IMG/VR virus record: IMGVR_UViG_3300024346_009227
Location: 52,975-116,974 of that record
Length of the DNA: 64,000 nucleotides
From: a virus
Strand: one strand, 5' to 3'
Shown in pieces: positions 59,786 to 64,000 of the stretch; positions within the stretch are counted from its first letter, which is position 1; each line of letters begins with the position of its first letter. The translations under genes were made by a program, and so were the position numbers. Below the pieces are notes generated by a model. It had not been told where the DNA came from, ran no database searches, and saw only the letters and a list, made by a program, of their open reading frames with translations.

Positions 59786-60127
59786 TGGCATTTAAAGCTT
59801 CTATAATGCTATTATTTTGAGCGATTACATTTATTGAGTAAATATACAAATATTAAATATTTTCGCTTAAAATCGATTTTCTCACTTTTAAGAATGGTGC
59901 AATCTTTACTAAAATAGTAATCTATCTTATTTGTATTTTTATAAACTATTTTATTATTTTTAAAATAAGTAGAATTCATGAAGATTTATTTATTTTTGTT
60001 TTTTTGTGGATATTGGGGTTGATTTATACCGATACAATTACTAACATAATATTAGTTAGTTATTTGTTTTTTAGATTCTACTTTTTAGACTCTACAAATA
60101 ACAAACAAGGATTAAGGATTTTTAGCT

Positions 60128-60655
60128 ATGGAAAATATGAAAAATGTATCTAATGATGAGATTGTTACCATTACTGCAAAAATGATCGGAGTCGGTCGAA
60201 AATACGGTTTTCAATCGGCCGATTGTCAAGACCTTGCTCAAGATGTTTTATATGTTGCGATAAGAAAATATAATCCTAATAAGGGAGCAAAATTCGCAAC
60301 ATTTTGCTGGTATCTATTCAATCGTAAGGTAATTGATGGACTTAGAAGAATTAATCATAAGTACTACAAAAAAACTTCCATTGCTAAAATGATGGATAAG
60401 GAGGAGGGTAATAATAAAGAAATTCAAGGTAAACGCCTTGACACAATGTCCGTCTTAAAGATGCATTTAAAGGATAATTTCGACGCTGGAATTATCACAC
60501 GGAAAGAACACGATGTTTTAGTTCTTAGGGCCCATGGTAACGATTTCTATGAAATTGCAAGTATACTTGATATTTCACTAGGATCGGCACATGGCACATA
60601 TCAAAAAGGCCTTGCCATGATATGTGAAGACGATGGTATCTTAGGGGCTGTTTAG
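60128..60655 (+). CDS. ECF-like sigma-70 family sigma factor
   Basis: region 2 (DCQDLAQDVLYVAIRKYNPNKGAKFATFCWYLFNRKVIDGLRR) and region 4 HTH (ITRKEHDVLVLRAHGNDFYEIASILDISLGSA). Confidence 0.8.
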   Translation: MENMKNVSNDEIVTITAKMIGVGRKYGFQSADCQDLAQDVLYVAIRKYNPNKGAKFATFCWYLFNRKVIDGLRRINHKYYKKTSIAKMMDKEEGNNKEIQGKRLDTMSVLKMHLKDNFDAGIITRKEHDVLVLRAHGNDFYEIASILDISLGSAHGTYQKGLAMICEDDGILGAV

Positions 60656-60667
60656 TCTAGTCAATCA

Positions 60668-60700
60668 AAGCCCTAGTTATTGTTACTAGGGCTTATTTTC
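60668..60700 (+). terminator. intrinsic terminator after sigma factor gene
   Basis: AAGCCCTAGT-tattgtt-ACTAGGGCTT followed by ATTTTC. Confidence 0.75.
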
Positions 60701-60731
60701 TTAATAGTATATAGAATAAAGGGATAATAGA

Positions 60732-60965
60732 ATGATTAATGATAAGAACACTAAAACAGCCGTAATAAATGCCTTTAACAATCTTAAGTCTAATTTTAAA
60801 AATACTTGCGACGATATGTTATTTTATAAGGTTTATGGCGAAATAACAAAGTGTTCACATGAAGAAAATTATACACCTACTTTATTATTCAATGATAAAA
60901 TTTTAATGGATTATGAATTTAAGTCCTGCGATTGTTTAAATATTCAATGTAATTGCAAGCCGTAA
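60732..60965 (+). CDS. hypothetical protein
   Basis: 77 aa; AAGGGA RBS; Cys-rich C-terminus. Confidence 0.6.
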   Translation: MINDKNTKTAVINAFNNLKSNFKNTCDDMLFYKVYGEITKCSHEENYTPTLLFNDKILMDYEFKSCDCLNIQCNCKP

Positions 60966-60994
60966 GGCTAACAATGGCTTGACATCGTAAGATG

Positions 60995-61058
60995 GAAAGC
61001 CCGGCCGATAGGCCAAAAATAAAAAACACCTGCTTGTCTTACCAAGACCAACGGGCTT
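60995..61058. repeat. structured intergenic repeat, copy 1
   Basis: GAAAGCCCGGCCGATAGGCC-A-rich-CACCTGCTTGTCTTACCAAGACCAACGGGCTT; near-identical to 62368-62430. Confidence 0.85.
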
Positions 61059-61152
61059 AGGGAAGCTATGCCTATAGGCTAAGATCGGCAAAGTTGCCTC
61101 GCATTGTATAACATTGTAATACCAAATATATTTAAATTATTTTAAAATTGTT

Positions 61153-61183
61153 TTGAATAAATCTTAAGTTCAATCGGATAATA
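61153..61183 (+). promoter_or_regulatory. repeated early promoter, copy 1
   Basis: TTGAA-N11-TTCAA-TCGGATAATA. Confidence 0.7.
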
Positions 61184-61235
61184 AGGTATAAGGGAAACAA
61201 AAAGTTATACCTTACAACAAAAAGGAAAGTGAATC

Positions 61236-61460
61236 ATGTTGTTTTACAATAGCGAAATTGTGGATGCTGTAAATGAGATTTATACTTTAAAAGTCAACAA
61301 CAAGCGGGGTTTTGTGTCGATTTTCCGTAAAGGTTGGTTTATAGGTAAGTTGGATTTGAAAAATGGGGCATTATGGTTCCATAGGGAGTGGAAGGGCGGT
61401 TTTACCGCAAGGGCGGTTAGAGTTTGGCATCATTACGGAAGAAATCGACCGATGTGGTAA
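61236..61460 (+). CDS. hypothetical protein
   Basis: 74 aa; AAGGAAAG RBS; downstream of promoter copy 1. Confidence 0.7.
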   Translation: MLFYNSEIVDAVNEIYTLKVNNKRGFVSIFRKGWFIGKLDLKNGALWFHREWKGGFTARAVRVWHHYGRNRPMW

Positions 61461-61479
61461 CCCTTCGGGGTTAATTTTT

Positions 61480-61519
61480 AAAAAAAAGAACCTGCTGTCT
61501 TATCAAAGATAGTGGGCTT
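61480..61519. repeat. structured intergenic repeat, copy 2 (5'-truncated)
   Basis: A-run then CCTGCTGTCTT-ATCA-AAGATAGTGGG-CTT. Confidence 0.7.
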
Positions 61520-61609
61520 CGCCAAGGTATGCCCATACCCCATAGTCTAATTAGATATGTTTGTCTTTATATATGGTTACAAATAATTTTAAAATAAAAT
61601 AAAATAAGT

Positions 61610-61640
61610 TTGAATAAATTTATAGTTCAAACGAATAATA
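61610..61640 (+). promoter_or_regulatory. repeated early promoter, copy 2
   Basis: TTGAA-N11-TTCAA-ACGAATAATA. Confidence 0.7.
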
Positions 61641-61696
61641 AGGTATGAAGGAAACACAAAGTTAAACTTCTAAGCTTAAAAGAAAAGGATTGTAGA

Positions 61697-61942
61697 ATGG
61701 TTAAGATTGAAAATGGGCGTTTTAGTGAGACTACCTTTATAGAAGATATAGTGGGTAAAAAGATAGTTATCAACAAATATCGTAATCAAGAGGGTTATAG
61801 ACTAGGTTTTGTCGAGTCTACCACTAGAGGTAAGCATGGTTATACTTTATTGCTAACATTCAATGACGAATGCCATTTTAACGAAAAGTCTATAAGTCGA
61901 TATTGCCTTCATAACATAGAAGATGCAGTAGTCTTTATGTAA
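61697..61942 (+). CDS. hypothetical protein
   Basis: 81 aa; AAGGA RBS. Confidence 0.7.
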   Translation: MVKIENGRFSETTFIEDIVGKKIVINKYRNQEGYRLGFVESTTRGKHGYTLLLTFNDECHFNEKSISRYCLHNIEDAVVFM

Positions 61943-61968
61943 ATAAAAAAAGTTTTTTCTAATTTTTC

Positions 61969-61999
61969 TTGAATAAAATTAGACTTCATACGAATAATA
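61969..61999 (+). promoter_or_regulatory. repeated early promoter, copy 3
   Basis: TTGAA-N11-TTCAT-ACGAATAATA. Confidence 0.7.
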
Positions 62000-62032
62000 T
62001 AGCATAGAAGTAACCCTAACATGGAGAGTAAG

Positions 62033-62221
62033 ATGAATAGTTATAATCCCTTTGTATGCGATTTCATTATGCAAGAGAAAAAAGCAAGGCGTATGACACA
62101 AGGCGAATTGCAATATGCAATAGAAGATTGTCGGGAATGCATTCTATTGAATATAAATCCAGACAAATATCGTGACCAAATATCGGTCTATAAAATGGAA
62201 CTAACAAGGAGGGCTAAGTAA
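62033..62221 (+). CDS. hypothetical protein
   Basis: GGAGAGTAAG before ATG at 62033 (MNSYNP). Confidence 0.7.
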   Translation: MNSYNPFVCDFIMQEKKARRMTQGELQYAIEDCRECILLNINPDKYRDQISVYKMELTRRAK

Positions 62222-62328
62222 TGACTAATGAACAGGTTAACATGATGGTTTTGTTTGGCTTACTAGTGTATTGTTCCTGCTTATATCAGTTCATTGCTTA
62301 TATAAACAGGCCAGTACAATACAAATAA
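62221..62328 (+). CDS. small membrane protein (35 aa)
   Basis: TAATG coupling; MTNEQVNMMVLFGLLVYCSCLYQFIAYINRPVQYK; absent from the ORF track. Confidence 0.55.
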   Translation: MTNEQVNMMVLFGLLVYCSCLYQFIAYINRPVQYK

Positions 62329-62367
62329 AGTTGGGGGGCGAAAGCCCCTCGATGGATTTCTCGAAGA

Positions 62368-62430
62368 GAAAGCCCGGCCGATAGGCCAAGAAAAAAAACA
62401 CCTGCCTGTCTTACCAAGACTGGCGGGCTT
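62368..62430. repeat. structured intergenic repeat, copy 3
   Basis: GAAAGCCCGGCCGATAGGCC-A-rich-CACCTGCCTGTCTTACCAAGACTGGCGGGCTT. Confidence 0.85.
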
Positions 62431-62475
62431 GCGGAGGTATTACCTTGTATTACCACTGCTACCAAAGCAAAAATT

Positions 62476-62494
62476 GGTATTACTTTGTTATACC
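62476..62494. promoter_or_regulatory. 19-bp palindromic operator-like box GGTATWAC-N3-GTWATACC (best copy)
   Basis: GGTATTAC-TTT-GTTATACC; related copies at 59708, 59732, 61105, 62436, 62681. Confidence 0.55.
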
Positions 62495-62523
62495 AGTTAT
62501 CTTGAAAATATTTTTATTTTTAT

Positions 62524-62554
62524 TTGAATAAATTTAAGTTTCAAACGAATAATA
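62524..62554 (+). promoter_or_regulatory. repeated early promoter, copy 4
   Basis: TTGAA-N11-TTCAA-ACGAATAATA. Confidence 0.7.
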
Positions 62555-62719
62555 TAGTATGAAAGGAAAACAAAGTATCTAAAGGGAACTATCTGAAAAA
62601 TCGGGAAGGGCCGATATAAAACAAGCTTGCCTACTGGGGGTATCCAGTGGGAATGGGGGGAGGCTGCACATTTTTAATTTGGTATAACTTAGTATTATTT
62701 AAAATATTTTAAAATTGTT

Positions 62720-62750
62720 TTGAATAAATTTTAAGTTAAAACGAATAATA
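62720..62750 (+). promoter_or_regulatory. repeated early promoter, copy 5
   Basis: TTGAA-N11-TTAAA-ACGAATAATA. Confidence 0.7.
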
Positions 62751-62791
62751 AAGTATGGAAGATGAAACACTATAACGAAAAGGAAAGTAAA

Positions 62792-63043
62792 ATGATCGAA
62801 TTTAATGACGATGGCCAGTGGGAACAAAATCAAGATGATCTTATCGAATATCTTGGTAATGAGAGAGATTATGAGATTGTAATCGATGATGAAAATATTG
62901 AACCAAATTGGGATATCTTAACAACTACTAACAAGGCTATTGAAGATTTTGATCTTGAAAAGCTTACTGAAAGAATGATCGAAAAGCATGAATGCGAATT
63001 GGCTTTGTTGGAAGAATTTGAAAATAATTGTGAAAAGTTTTGA
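62792..63043 (+). CDS. highly acidic hypothetical protein
   Basis: AAGGAAAGTAAA before ATG at 62792 (MIEFND); very D/E-rich. Confidence 0.7.
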   Translation: MIEFNDDGQWEQNQDDLIEYLGNERDYEIVIDDENIEPNWDILTTTNKAIEDFDLEKLTERMIEKHECELALLEEFENNCEKF

Positions 63044-63070
63044 ATAATTTGGAAGTTGAAACGAATAATA
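63040..63070 (+). promoter_or_regulatory. repeated early promoter, copy 6
   Basis: TTGAA-N11-TTGAA-ACGAATAATA. Confidence 0.65.
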
Positions 63071-63107
63071 TAGTATGAAGGTTTTACCCTAACACAAGGA
63101 AAGTAAG

Positions 63108-63797
63108 ATGTTAAGTCTAGAAGTTATTAAGCCAGTAGTTGAAATCAAGTTTAGTCAAACCGAAAAAATGCCTTGGATATCGTGGGATATCCCTGCATGG
63201 GAGTGCAAGACAGGCTCAAAGTTGGTGAATGTTGAAGGCTCTATATGTGAGGGTTGTTATGCTCTAAAGGGTAGGTATGGGTTTGGCATAGTCAAAGATG
63301 CAAATACGAATAGGTTTAATGAACTAGCCAAGGGGCTTGAAGTTTGGAAAGAAGCTTTTATCAAAGCATTGGGCAAGAAATATAAACATATGCGGGATAA
63401 ATCGCAAGCATACTTTAGGTGGTTTACTAGTGGCGATGTTCAAAGTTTGGAGATGTTGGTAGCTATGAATGAAATAGCTATTGCCCTGCCAGAAGTTAAG
63501 TTTTGGCTACCTACCAAGGAACATGGCATGGTTCGGGAATATCTTGCCCTGCATGGTGATTTTGCAAGTAACTTTACTGTTAGGCCGTCAATGTATATGG
63601 TCGATCAACTGCCTAGCAAGGGGCTAGGATTGCCTACAAGCACTGCAATAAGAACGCCAGTTAATGCGGATAGTCGGCACGAAAATATATGTCAAGCAAG
63701 CCTTGATGCCTTTAATGGTGCAAGCAAGGTTAATTGTGGCGATTGTCGCAAGTGTTGGGATAAAAGCGTAAACAATGTCGCATACATATACCACTAA
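63108..63797 (+). CDS. GP88-family phage protein (Cys-rich, radical-SAM-like)
   Basis: WDIPAWECKTGSKL..VEGSICEGCYALKG.Y, YFRWFTSGD, FWLPTKE, C..CRKCWD motifs. Confidence 0.7.
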   Translation: MLSLEVIKPVVEIKFSQTEKMPWISWDIPAWECKTGSKLVNVEGSICEGCYALKGRYGFGIVKDANTNRFNELAKGLEVWKEAFIKALGKKYKHMRDKSQAYFRWFTSGDVQSLEMLVAMNEIAIALPEVKFWLPTKEHGMVREYLALHGDFASNFTVRPSMYMVDQLPSKGLGLPTSTAIRTPVNADSRHENICQASLDAFNGASKVNCGDCRKCWDKSVNNVAYIYH

Positions 63798-63809
63798 GGG
63801 GGAAGTAAG

Positions 63810-64000
63810 ATGATAGTTAAAAACTGTAATCATGGTAAATGGCAAAATTTAGGTCAGGATACCGATGATGATGGGAATATCTTTCAACGCCACTATTGCA
63901 AGGTATGCAATATGGCAAGAGTAAAGGTTGTTGCCAAAATTGTTGGATATCGTAACATTGCCCAAACTTGTATGCGATATCTGCATACAGATTTTAAAAA
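63810..64000 (+). CDS. hypothetical protein (partial; CxH and CxxC motifs)
   Basis: GGGGGAAGTAAG RBS; MIVKNCNHGKW...HYCKVC... open to window end. Confidence 0.6.
   Translation, partial: MIVKNCNHGKWQNLGQDTDDDGNIFQRHYCKVCNMARVKVVAKIVGYRNIAQTCMRYLHTDFK

Noticed and set aside
60995-63070. Early-region repeats as a CRISPR-like array or integron attC sites
   Set aside because: Spacing is irregular and the repeats enclose whole genes; no cas gene or integrase in the window; attC consensus ends were not recognised
1-64000. tRNA/rRNA genes, integrase, transposase
   Set aside because: None recognised by eye; a tRNAscan/Infernal run would be needed to exclude them fully

Overview
This AT-rich window is part of a large, long-tailed dsDNA bacteriophage (siphovirus-like Caudoviricetes). 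Positions 1-59.5 kb form one minus-strand morphogenesis block. In transcription order it encodes a sigma-like factor, a putative small terminase, GDP-mannose 4,6-dehydratase, an ERCC4-type nuclease, large terminase, portal, prohead protease/scaffold, decoration protein and major capsid protein. These are followed by two Gly-X-Gln collagen-like fibre proteins, three tandem tail-collar/His-rich tip proteins, a holin-like protein, neck proteins, a GT2 glycosyltransferase, tail tube, chaperones, a 4941-aa tape measure protein (TMP) and distal tail proteins. The strand switches at ~59.5-60.1 kb, at a cluster of 13-bp palindromes and an AT-rich tract. Beyond it, a plus-strand 'early' region holds a second sigma factor and small genes in cassettes built from a repeated promoter, a palindromic operator-like box and a repeated structured element. 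The most striking feature is the TMP, which looks like a modular polyprotein. It has seven copies of the 'DTVPAMLTPGEFVV' module and about 20 [FYML]xxGG motifs. These delimit cargo domains resembling a thermonuclease, a J-domain (HSD instead of HPD) and the N-terminal domain of PilC/GspF. Also notable are an in-frame TAA near the start of the giant collagen fibre gene, a candidate virion-glycosylation set, and two sigma factors with two distinct promoter classes. All product calls come from motif recognition and synteny; no database searches were run.
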